This document shows positions 42,288 through 53,842 of a DNA stretch of 64,000 bases, in pieces. Source of the stretch: Spirogloea muscicola (lineage: Eukaryota); NCBI GenBank assembly GCA_009602725.1, contig WELB01000007.1:749697-813696 (forward strand). The letters are read 5' to 3'. The notes beneath the pieces are model-generated. The model worked only from the letters and a program-made list of their open reading frames with translations, had not been told where the DNA came from and ran no database searches. The position numbers and the translations under genes were made by a program. Numbering within the stretch: the first letter of the stretch is position 1; each line of letters starts with the position of its first letter.

Positions 42288-45200
42288 TTACCTTTGCTGG
42301 AAAGTGCTCCTACCATTTGGGCTGGCCGTAGGTCGGCTCCGAAACCACTTCTTGCCACCGGATGTCTCCAAACGAGAGGCTCCAGAAAGTGGGTACGGAG
42401 CTTGGCGGGTGGAGGCAAGCACCTGCTTGTCCAGAGTGAGCCTGTCACCTGCCACTGCACTTTCCAGCAGTGCAGAATAATGACGGCACATGGCAGTCAT
42501 GAAGCTCCTCTCCAGTATGTCAGCCTGCCATAACAGAAAGATATGCAGGATAAGAGAGGTGTTTATCCCAGCCAACTGAGTAGGTCCATTAGCTGAAGAT
42601 AAGTGCTATGAGACGTTGCATTAGCTTGGTCAACAGCCTTGCAGCAAGCATCCAATGTACTAGGCAGGCCATCAGACGATATTAGTCAAGGACTCCACAC
42701 ACATCGGACGGCACTCCGTGCGGGTAAATGACAATGTGCTACGGGCATGCATAGTGGCCAAGAGCATGTACTAGAACCTACGGGACGGCCATAAGGCTAC
42801 CAGAAGATAGTAGGTGAGGCTTTCACCTGGTAAACCATTCGTCCAACAACTGAGCCGTCCTGCTCGGGCCGCATAAGCAAGGAGACCGCAGACAAGGACG
42901 TCTCTCCCTCCCTCAACCATGAGACATCCATGTCATACTCTCCCTTGAGTTCATCATCAAAGTGTAGCCTCCAGGGAGCAGCATCCCTGCAAGCACAGAA
43001 CATATCGAGTAAGAAGCTCAACAACGACGCCCTCCGCTTCACAGGTGCAAAGAGCAGCCTGCCAAGACTCAAGAAGATGCGCAGATGTTGACAGACTGTC
43101 TGAAGAACTTACTTCAACAGACAGTGAAGAGCCCAGTCAATGGCTAGTCAGGACTGCTTGCAACGCATCTGCTCACAGATTCTGAACAGTTTGTGAAGAT
43201 GAGAATTGCAACAATTCTTTGTCCAGCCAGATGAATGAAGGACACGTACGTGCCAGGCTGGAGGAAGTTGAAGTAGGCCGAGATGATAGCGTCGCGTGAG
43301 AGGTCAGGCTTGGACAAGTGCGTGGCAATGAGGCGGAAGGTAGTGCGCTGGTGCTCGATGGCAGCCAACATGCCCTCCTTCACCTGAGCCAACATGTCCA
43401 GATAATCCAGCCCGGGTGCCGCTGCTCGAGCAGTGGCGTCCATCTGTGCCACCTCCGTCAGTATCGGCCTCACATCTGCAAGGTGCCCGACAACACCTTG
43501 CAGCGGCGCAATCGGCCGCCGGCTGACCAGTGTTTCAACCAAGATGCGGCTCTGGCGTGACCAGAGGTGCAAGGTGGAGTTGAAGAGGGCCAGGAGTGCC
43601 ATGTTGAGTGTCGCGCCTTGCTGCCGGGCCAGCCCCTCGAGCTGCCACCGTGAGGACGGCAGGATCACGAACTTGAGCCACGCGCCCCTCCAAGGCAGCG
43701 CCACTGAGCGGTTCTGCCGGGGGCTCAGCCGCAGCGTTTCAGGGACTCTCCCAATGGTTGCTCGCCAGAATTTGAGCTCGGCATCCCGACGGCTGCCCGC
43801 CAAGTCTGCCACTTCCCAGGCGACGTAATCGTTATAGGCCGGCACAGGCGGTAGGCCCTCCAGGGAGCCGGTTCGGTACACGTAGGGCAGCTCCCTGTAC
43901 ATGATGGCAGCTGAGATGCCATCGCAGATGAGGTGGGAGGCTGTGATGACCAGCACGTGCTGCTGCTCGCCATCGTCGCTGCTGATCCCGCCAATCAGCG
44001 TGGCACGGAACAGCAGCCCCCGCGGGGCATTCATGTCAAACGGCTTGAGGGCCGCATCAATGGCGGTGCTCAACGCCGCCACCTTGTCGCCCGCCGATGC
44101 AAGCGAGAGGTCCGTCTGGTGCAGCCGGAAGGGGGTGTCCAGCTGGTCCACCTGGGACACGCAGTCGAACACGGAGTCCAGGTGGCGCAGGAATAGGGGG
44201 CCAGCGGCGCCAGCCAACGCCGCCGCCAGGCCGCCGCAGCAGGACGGAGCGGGCCCAGCTGCCGAAGCCTCGACCGCGGACTCGACCGGGGATGCGCCAT
44301 TGTTGCCCCACGTCTTGAGGGCCATGCGCAGCACACGAGCCTTCAGACCCTTGGACTCGACGGCAAAGCGCAGGCGCAGGGCCTGGTGGCGCTTCAGGAG
44401 CAGCTGGAATGCGTGCTCCAGCCGGGTCACGTCGACCCTGCCCCGCAGCCGCCACACGTCTGACGAATCCAGCAGCTCTGGCCTTGGAACCACACGCTTG
44501 ACCAGGTAGATCATGAGCTGCGCCTCCGAGAGCCGCGCCCGCCGCGGGGGGCTGTCTCCCGGCGGCCTGGCCACCAATTGGCGACCACCATTGAGAAAGC
44601 TCTTGCCGGTGTTATGGCCCTTGAGGTCTTTGTCCTCCTCCTTGGCAACCTCCTCCTTCGCACCTTTTGCGTCTGGTTCTGCGGCTGCTGCTGCATCTGT
44701 CGCAACCCGCCTTTGCCTAAGCGCGTCCGCAAGCCCAGAAACCGTGGGGTTCTCGAAAAACTCGCGGATAGTCAGGACCGGAGCTGAGGAACGCTCGGCG
44801 GCAGCAGCCCCACCCTGCGAAGCGGACTCCTGGTCGACCAAAGCCTGTGGGAGCCGCGCGATAGCCTGCGACGCTGTGAAGGAGTTGCCGCCCAGGTCGA
44901 AGAAGTTGGAAGCTGGCCCCAGCACGTCAGCGACGCCTCCGCCACTCGGCAGCACGGCCGCAAAGACTGCGGCGACGGCGCGCTCCTCTGGCTGCTGCAG
45001 CAGCTGCTGAGCTGCCCAGGCATTGCTATTGTCGCCACCGGCTCCACCTTCGGCGCCTCCTCTGCTGCCTCCAGCTGCCTCAAAGCGGAAACTTTCTGGC
45101 GGGGGCTCTGGCAGGAACTTGCGGTCCACTTTGCCGGAAGCTGTGTAAGGGAGCTCGTCCAGGATGACAAAGGCTGCCGGCATCATGTACGATGGCAGCC

Positions 45201-48200
45201 GTTGTCGGATGGCATCACGCACGGCCCTGGTCACAATGTCCCGGCTTGTCGGGCCACCCAGCCTGATCTTGAGGTAGAGCGCCAGGTATGGCGGCCGGCC
45301 ATCGTCGCCCCCTGGTCGCAGCACGCCGACGCAGCGCACAACCCCTTCTACACGGCTCGCTACATCCTCAATCTCTGCCGGCTCAATGCGGTGGCCCCTC
45401 ACCTTGACCTGCACTCATCAGCCAGATCCTCAATTAGCTAATGCAATTTGCCTGGCCTGATGCTTGTAATAAGATCTTGTAGTCAGCAACAGGCAACTGC
45501 GACACACCCACAAATTGCAGAGGACATTGCAAGCCCAAGAGAGGTAGTGTCACCAGCTTCTGCAGCTGCATGAACAGACCTGAAAGTCAATGCGGCCGAG
45601 GAATTTGATGCGCCCGTCTGCAAGCCAGCGACAGCGGTCGCCCGTGCGGTAGAGAACACGATCGTGCGGCCCAGTGCTGAAAGGGTTCTTTTGGAATTTC
45701 TTAGCTGTCAGGTCAGGTCGCTTCAGATAACCTCGCGACACGTGCACTCCAGCAATGCACATCTCCCCTGGAACCTCCACCGGCAGCAGCTCAAGGTGCG
45801 GACCTAGTACATAAAACTGCACACATGTACAAATTGACCCAAGGTAAATAAGGCCTGATGCAGCTGCAATGCTAAGCTTTTGAAGCCAAGTACTTCACTA
45901 TCTGCAGATTCTACCATGCTCTGTACATGACAGGCAGGGCCTAGACAACAAGCATTGCAATGACTGCAGGTTTCAAGACAGTAGGTATCAACGTGTCCTT
46001 TGGCACACTGACATGAGCTCCCGGCCATGGTCGGCCAAGATTGTCCTCCACAGGCTGGTGCGGACGCCACACAGCTGAGCAGGCTGCGATGGCGCACTCT
46101 GTCGGAGCATAGTGGTCAACAACCGTCCTGCCCGCCAAGGTCCACTTCCTGCAAAGTGCTCGTGGTAGTACCTCTCCGCCCGTGGCCAGCCAGCGCAGGG
46201 AGGGCGCCAGATCAGGCTCTAGCAGCGTCATGACAGTAGGAGTAAGCACCACTCCTGTGACGTTGAACTTCCGGATGAAAGCATTGGCGTCAGTTAGCAG
46301 GTCCTCCTGCACAGGGTTTGACAGCAGAAGCCGTGAGCCCATGCTCTGGCCCACTGGTTTGAAAAGCAGACCTGCCATTGCACCCCTGAACCATGATCTG
46401 CTAGCTTGCAAGGAGCACTGGGATGCTTCCCTTTCTCATAAGCTGGAGACATTGTGATGCCACTGCAAGCTTGACAATTTGACAATGCCATGTAAAACCT
46501 GCTCACCTTGGGGCATATGGCCACGGCAGCCCCGACGTCAAAAGCACAGTAGCAGTCCATTGCGTGCAGATCGAAAGTGGACGCGCTCAGCTGCCCGCGC
46601 ACGTCGTTCTCCAATGGGGGCAGCAGCTCACGGAAAGAGTGCGCCATGTTCACGACACCCCTGTGTGTGACTAGCACTCCTTTAGGTGCTCCTGGCAGAC
46701 TCAGTGCAAGGATGAGGTCAGTAACTGGCACATATCTTGAGCCTAGTCATGGCTAACGCAATGAATTGCAACCAAGATAAGAGGCCCTCTCCTTCACACT
46801 GATGCAGCTGCCGAGCGAAATCTTAGGGCATGCAGTCAGGATATGAATCAGTAACTAATAGCTGTGAGGCCTGAAGGCGCAAAATTAGATGTGCAGGATT
46901 TGCAACATTGAGCTCTATTAGACTGTCTCCGCGAGCACGTTAGAGCAGCTGTTATTGTGCATGGCTTCCTGCGATGGTACACTTGACAACTGACCAGTGG
47001 AGCCGCTCGTGAAGAGCACGTAGCAGATGCTGGAGCCGGCCGGATAAGCTGCAGCAATGCGTGCCGCATCAATCACGTGCCCCTGCAGGCTCTCAGTGCT
47101 CACTAGGCGGACGCCCTCCCAGCCATCGGCCCACTGGAACGTGCCAGCGCTCTCCCGGTTGCTGAGAATAATGCGCAACTTCGTCTGCTCCAAGAGCTCC
47201 TGTGACCTCAGCTGCGGGTGCGCGGGGTCCAGGGGCAAGTACGCACGGCCGCTCATCATCGTGCCCAGCATGCACGCCACCCAGTCGATGCACCGGTCCA
47301 TGCCGATGGCCACCACGTCCTCCTGCCGGTAGCGAACTTCCTCAGAGGGGAGGCCGAGCGTAGCAATCAGGAAGCTCGCAATCCCCTGCGCTCGCTCGTG
47401 GAGCTCGCGATAGGTTATGGACGCCCCGTGCTGCAGAACAGCCACCCTGTCTGGCCACGTGCGCACTGCTCGGTTGAACAGCTCGACGAGGTTGTCATCC
47501 ACATCGGCCTTGGCTTCGACTGGGAAGGCTGCTCCCTGCCGCCGCTGCTCCATGTCGCCTTCGGGGTCTTGAGCCTGGAGCCACCTATGCAGCCGCTCTG
47601 GCGTCATCTTCTGGTGCAATGCGCGGGCCACCTTCTGGCCAGAGAACTCCACCTTCACCAGCTGCCGCTCCTCGGCGCAGAGCACATCCAGCCGATGCAC
47701 AGGTATTGCAGCCACCTTGACGGCAGGCAAGGATGCCAGGGACTCCAGCAGGGATTGGAAGTTGGCTGCGAGCCGCCGTATGGAGGCGGCTGCATATGCC
47801 TGCATGCTGAACAACCACGTCAACTCCAGGGAGCCGTCCTTCTTGAGAGCCGAGCGCAGCACGAGCTCACGCCCGTTGAGGCCGCCCTTGCTGGTGACAC
47901 CAGGCTGGCACTCGAGATCTGTGAAGTCAAAGAGCGCCTCCGCTCCCGTGGCCCACGCGTCCGTGTCTGCACAGTCCTCTGCTTCATCTCTTGCAGATGA
48001 TGGTGTGGATTGGCGGTCCATCCCAGCCAGCAGCTGCGCAGCGACCTGCGACACCACAATGGCAAAGGGTGCCGCGCCCTCCTCGCCAGCATGCCATCCA
48101 TTTTCCGCAGACGGTAGTGCAGTTGAAGGACGGTGGCTGGCAGTGGGCTCGAACGAGACCCTAACGGGCAAGTCCTCTACATCGCCGCCCTGCCAGGCCT

Positions 48201-48738
48201 CCTTCCTCGGCTCCGGCCCTCTCTCGCCGTTTGCATCCTGCAGCAAGGATGTGTCATGGGAAAAACCATTGACTGCCAGCTGCACCGTCACATGGCCGTT
48301 CTCCATGGCAAGAGCCTTGAGGATGGTGGGGTCGGTGGGCTGCCGAGCGTGGCCATTCAGCAGCTTATGGAAGGGGCCGACATGGCCGTTGACGGGCTTC
48401 TGCGCTGTCACCGTGACGGCCTTGGCCAAGCCGCCGAGGCCATTGACTGCCGCTGCCGGTCGGCGGCAGGCCAAGGTCGCATTCACAGCGACGCGCTGCT
48501 CGGTGGGGTTATAACGATGCAGCAGAGTGACGAAGGCCGAGAGGAGGACGAGTGGGAGCCCCTGCGCGTCGTCGATGCCGGCGTCCGAGCCAGTGTGGGT
48601 GGTGAGCTTGGCTCCAAGCCGCGATATCGCGGCAGCACTCTGAGCGGGCACCGTCGAGGACGTCTCGCCGAACGCCCGCGGCTGGACGCCATTGTCCACT
48701 CCCGGCTCCGCAGGCGCTGCGAAGGGAAGCAGCGCCAT
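42288..48738 (-). CDS. Single-module non-ribosomal peptide synthetase (partial C - A - T - C), intron-containing; both ends approximate
   Basis: A domain: AYLPLDP, YVLFTSGSTG/APKGV, STFDLH, ATGGE, HYAPTE, YRTGD, GRIDFQ/VKVRGHRIE..EIE, LPYTASGKVDRK. T domain: NFFDLGGNS. C domain: LSEAQ..RHQALR..SHLICDGIS..YNDYVAWE..FWR. Split by GT-AG introns. Confidence 0.92.
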
Positions 48739-49779
48739 GCTTGCCAGCGGCGGAGCCCTGCCAGAATCATCTGCGGAAGCTGGGGCCGATGGATCCGGCA
48801 GCGGCCATGTCGGATCCGGCTCCCTCGGCGCTCAATGCCACAGGCAACCATGGCTGCCGCTGCGGGTGGCGCCGCGACGCTCGCTCAGTGGTCTCGCCGG
48901 CGGGGCCGCAGCAGCGACGGCAGCGGCGTCGGCGGCGCGGGCCGCGGCGGCGNNNNNNNNNNNNNNNNNNNNNNNNNNNNNNNNNNNNNNNNNNNNNNNN
49001 NNNNNNNNNNNNNNNNNNNNNNNNNNNNNNNNNNNNNNNNNNNNNNNNNNNNNNNNNNNNNNNNNNNNNNNNNNNNNNNNNNNNNNNNNNNNNNNNNNNN
49101 NNNNNNNNNNNNNNNNNNNNNNNNNNNNNNNNNNNNNNNNNNNNNNNNNNNNNNNNNNNNNNNNNNNNNNNNNNNNNNNNNNNNNNNNNNNNNNNNNNNN
49201 NNNNNNNNNNNNNNNNNNNNNNNNNNNNNNNNNNNNNNNNNNNNNNNNNNNNNNNNNNNNNNNNNNNNNNNNNNNNNNNNNNNNNNNNNNNNNNNNNNNN
49301 NNNNNNNNNNNNNNNNNNNNNNNNNNNNNNNNNNNNNNNNNNNNNNNNNNNNNNNNNNNNNNNNNNNNNNNNNNNNNNNNNNNNNNNNNNNNNNNNNNNN
49401 NNNNNNNNNNNNNNNNNNNNNNNNNNNNNNNNNNNNNNNNNNNNNNNNNNNNNNNNNNNNNNNNNNNNNNNNNNNNNNNNNNNNNGCCCGCCCGCCCCCG
49501 CCCGCCGCCCCGCTGGGGACGGCGGCCCTAGTGTGAACGGGGGCGCGGGGGGCCCTCCCCCGCGCCGGCGGTTGGCCCAGCTTCTCGAAGGCCAGGAGGC
49601 GAGTCGCCGCTTCCCGACAGCCGACGAAGGCCTCGCGAAGCGGCGCCGCGGGCCCGACGGGCGAGGCTGCGGATGTGTGTTGACGGCGCGCTGAAGCCGC
49701 CGTCTCCTTCGGCGCACCTGCCTGACTGTCTCCAACTTGAAGCGGCTCCTTCTGTCAAATATTGTATGGCTGGCTGTTC

Positions 49780-50640
49780 ACAGACCTTGACCATTCCTTT
49801 GGGCTGGGAGCAAACGCGGCAAGATTAACTGATGGCTGGGAGAGGCCAGCCCAAAGGAATGGGCTGGCCTCTCACAGCCATCACCAATCTGGCCGCGCTT
49901 TCTTGCTTGCCCCTTTGGGAGAGCCACTTTCCTCACGGCCCTTGCCTCCTTTAGGAGAGCCACTTTCTAGTCGACCTTGTTCGTTCTCTGGTTGGCTGGC
50001 TTTTGTGGGCTAGCTGGGATTTGTCACTCCTCGCACCCCTTGTCAGCTTGTCTGCAGCGAGCTCAGACTCAGGCGTTGCATCAGAAAGCTGGTCGAGCCT
50101 TAGCTGGTGGCACAAGAGCTTCTCGATTGCCGTCCGGTATTTGGGCATCAGTTAGCGACCTCTATGTGCTGACTCGTGTTTACAGAGCGGGTCAGCTTCG
50201 CAGCAGGTGATGTACACTTGTCACTGTACGTGGCCACACAGGCCCTCCATCACTTCATACACACTCCATTACCTTCGGATGAGTCAGCTCTCTCAATGAT
50301 AATGAAGGGGGGGCAGGGCTGTGAAAGGCCAGCCCAGAACACTGGACGAGGATTCAAGGGCCGGAAGAAGACCGACGGGAAAGCGCTGACTCACCCTTAA
50401 GAGTCTGCCATCTAGTATTCAGGCATCGATTAGCGACCTTTATGTATGGACCCGTGGTTACTGAGCGGGTCAATCTGATGTGGGTGATGTACGTCATTAG
50501 ATGTACTTGCACTTGTATTCAGCCTTTGTGGCCTTCGTTTGTTTCAAATACACGTAACCTTCTCTTGGAAGACCCCTTTGTTAGTTCTTTCATCTGGGCT
50601 GGCCTCTCCCAGCCACCGCCCTCTCCTGGAAGAGTCTTTC
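49780..50640. mobile_element. Cluster of RLE retrotransposon 3' remnants
   Basis: LQRAQTQALHQKAGRALAGGTRASRLPSGIWASVSDLYVLTRVY (about 50050-50185); tctgccatctagtattcaggcatcg shared with 31560 and 60938; several 3'-UTR hairpin motifs. Confidence 0.72.
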
Positions 50641-52723
50641 TTCTCTTTTTTGGAAGAAGCTGCTCATTGTCTGCGTGCCCATGCAGAGGCATTGGTGCTT
50701 GGTTGCGTGTTCCATCCACTGGCCCGCTCCAACCAGCGCCTGGACCATCATCAGCCCGTTACTCCCGCTGTGGGACCGACTTGCGGAGTTGTCCTCGTCA
50801 AAGGTGCAATGAGTGCGCGTCCTCGCCTGCTTGCCTTCAACCCAATCCTTCCTGCGATTTGCCTTGCTTAGGCACTCGCAGAACCGGCCACCGCGCCTTC
50901 ATGTGCACCACGCGCCTTCTCTTTCTTCACGACGAGTTGGCGCGCTCAGGCTAAGGCGGCCGAGCACGCAGACCATTGTCCGTAGGCACACTTGTTACGT
51001 TGGCCATCACTGCTCACGACCTTCTGCAACCCAATGGCTGCCGTTGATGCTGTGGCAACACGTCACATAATAGCACGGCAGCAGGAGCCATCCGCTATCA
51101 GCCATGCTATATTTCCTCATATACATGCATAGGCACACACTGATTGCATCTTTACATTTTGGCGGGCACCTCCTTCTATTGACTCAGCAAGCTTCTATCT
51201 ACAAGACTGGGGTCTAAAATTTCGGCATTCCCAGAAGGCCTTCTATTAGGGTCTACTCGCGCTTAAAAGGAGATTGCTTGTTTGGAAACTTTACCAATAA
51301 AACACCAACAAGCTCACCACTTTCTGCCAAGGGGCCACAGTAACACCGCCATGCCTGGCTGCCAGCGAGGCAACTTCTCCCCTGCTTCCAGCTTGCGGTT
51401 GCTAAGTAGGATACACTGAGTCGATATCCATAGCAGCCCCTTGTTCTGCCAAGGAAGTTGTGCGTTCATGTTGGGGTTCCCGTTGACTATCTGTCCACAC
51501 GTACTGACCTTGCTATTAACAGTCATCGCTCCTTAGATATTTGTGCTCTGGGAAAATTCCATTACTCTCCCAGAGTTGACACAGTGGCCGCCCAGACTGT
51601 GGCAGAACTGGATGCCGGGCTGGAGCCCCCGTGGACCATACCAAGAGATCCTTGGGGGCGGTGTGAGAGAGACCCTGGCAAGCCCTCACCCTCAGGCACT
51701 TGGGGATTTGGTTTTGCAATATGTGCTGCTCCCGTCTATCCCTTTGTCTTTCCTTGAGTTCTTGCACACCTTGATGGACGTACCCTTCTCATATCTGCAT
51801 TTCGCGCTGAGGCTTGGCAATCTGACGCCGTCTATAGGTGCAATGCAAATTCAAGAAGACGAGCCGAACATGTTCTGTAAGAAGTGCCTGATGGCTGTCT
51901 ATTTCTACTTAATTGCCTATGCAGGTAGATCTGCATTCATGAGTTTGCAATAAGATTGTGGCAGTGCTGCTACTGTGGCAGCAAAGAGGTGGACTACTCT
52001 TGGTCAAACATCCCAGATGGACTACTCATTTGCCAAAATGGTAGCAGCACGACAATGATGTCATTGCCATCTTGTGTAACTAGTCTCATGTCTCCCAAGT
52101 AGCCCACCGCTTGATTGCTGCACGTACTTGCGACTTACTTGCGATCTCAGACTTAACGAGTTTTGTCCTACATCTCACTCTTGAGATCCATGATACTTAT
52201 GCATTTTTGTTGCTGTGCGCCGTACTTACCTGGCTTCACTGTCAATGTCATCAATAAGGTCGCAAGTGTTGTAAGTGATACCTGAAGTCATGACATGGGT
52301 CTCGTGCCAGAAGCAGCAGCTGAAGCGCGGCCTGCCCGCGGATGCACCGCAAAGCAGCATTTGCGTCAACCCAATCTGCTGGGCAATCAGCAGGCCATAT
52401 GGCTTCACCTTCGTCATGTTGCCGTGAGGATGCTCACGGCCTCACTGGGCCTCTACTTCGAAGCGGTGTGTTCTACTCATGGAGACGTTTGCTGGCAAGA
52501 TTTAATGGCGCGATTCCGCTAAGAAAAAGGTTCCGCCCAATAGGGCAGCCACAAACGGAACCCCGCGGTTCCCCGGCCCCCTCGCCTCCGCCATCATCCC
52601 CCCCGCCGCGCCCTGCGGCGCAGGGCGCGGCGAGGCTGGCGCGCGCCCCTCCGGCGAAGCCCCACCGCCTCCGCCGCCGCAAGGCCCGGCCAACGCCGAG
52701 AGCTCGGCCGCGTCGCGGCCGCT

Positions 52724-53109
52724 ATGTCGTCGCTCCTGCGGCCGCTGTTGCGCGCCATCCCGCCGGCCATGCGCCCGCAGTACGAGGACGTGAGCGGCGC
52801 CGTGCTGTGGGGCACCACCGCCGCCGTCGGGGCCCTGTGGCTCGTCCAGGTGTGGGCCTAACGTCTAGGGTTTAGGGTTTTTGGGTTTAGGGTTCCTCCC
52901 CACTGCGCCCCGCGGAGCGCCTGCCGGCCTCCAGCAGGGTGCCCGAGACGAGGTCTGGCTTGCCAAGGGCCCGTTGCTTCGGACGCCATTGCGCCTCTGG
53001 AGCTCACACCACTGCTGTTGTGCTTCGTCGCCCGCAGCCATTTGGGTGGATCAAGGACCAGATCTACCCACCGAAGGGGGACGACGAGGGGAAGAAGGAT
53101 GACTCCTGA
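52724..53109 (+). CDS. QCR10: Cytochrome b-c1 complex subunit 10 (6.7 kDa), two exons 52724-52849 and 53038-53109; absent from the ORF track
   Basis: Spliced product MSSLLRPLLRAIPPAMRPQYEDVSGAVLWGTTAAVGALWLVQ|PFGWIKDQIYPPKGDDEGKKDDS* carries the plant QCR10 pattern WG..A..GA.W.VQPF.WIK; GT-AG intron in phase 0. Confidence 0.88.
52866..52894 (+). promoter_or_regulatory. Telomere-like TTTAGGG (telo-box) cluster at the start of QCR10 intron 1
   Basis: tagggtttagggtttttgggtttagggtt is seen directly; a regulatory role is inferred from plant telo-boxes. Confidence 0.5.
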
Positions 53110-53842
53110 CGAGGAGCGACAGCAGCAGTGGGGAGCTCACTGCTGATGCAGACCCTGCTAGACCTTCAACCAGTGCCTGACTTGCAGCTCCTATACCTAG
53201 CTCGACGACCTTGCGAGAACAGCCATGAGCAGGAACTGCTTGTGAACAATGAGTCCACGGCAGAATGATGCCCGTGGCAAAAGGCTGCCCACAAGGAAGC
53301 CCACATACTGCTGTGACCAAAGTAAAAGTCGTGCAGCTGGTACCAATCACGTGTTGTGAGACTTATCTGGTGTCTCTGTAGATGTGCTTGCACTTTCAAT
53401 CGAGAAAATGCTCAGTGAGCCTGAGGAGCTCAATGTCTCACCCTAGATATGTCAGGCGCTCATCCAACCAGTCGACTCTGGCACTAAGCTAATAAACCGT
53501 CGTTGTCTTTGTGGCTATACACAAAGCTTAATTAGAGGCATCCACATGAACACAAGTGAAGAGGTTCGCATCCGTTGAGACACCCTTCAATATGAAAACC
53601 GAGCAATGCAACTGCTGCGCTCTGCTCTGCTAACCAGGTAATCTCCTCTGCTATCAGATTCGGTGAGGGGCCAAGACCGCTGATGTAGGCAGTGCTGTGA
53701 GATTATGCCGCCCTGATCATGGTAGGAGGCGATCATAGCAACATCCAATAGCAGTTGTATGGCCAGGGACGGAAAGCATGTAGGATGTCTGCAAACGGGG
53801 AAGAGAGCAAAGGCAAGCAGGGCATGGGTGCCAGGTAGCAAT

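Noticed and set aside
43433..45010. Long antisense ORFs over NRPS, AAE3, BPG2 and PHD exons
   Set aside because: Expected shadow ORFs of GC-rich coding sequence with no recognisable motifs.
50700..52500. Possible additional gene (an exon-like stretch near 52225-52275, minus strand)
   Set aside because: I could not assemble a stop-free, recognisable spliced product.
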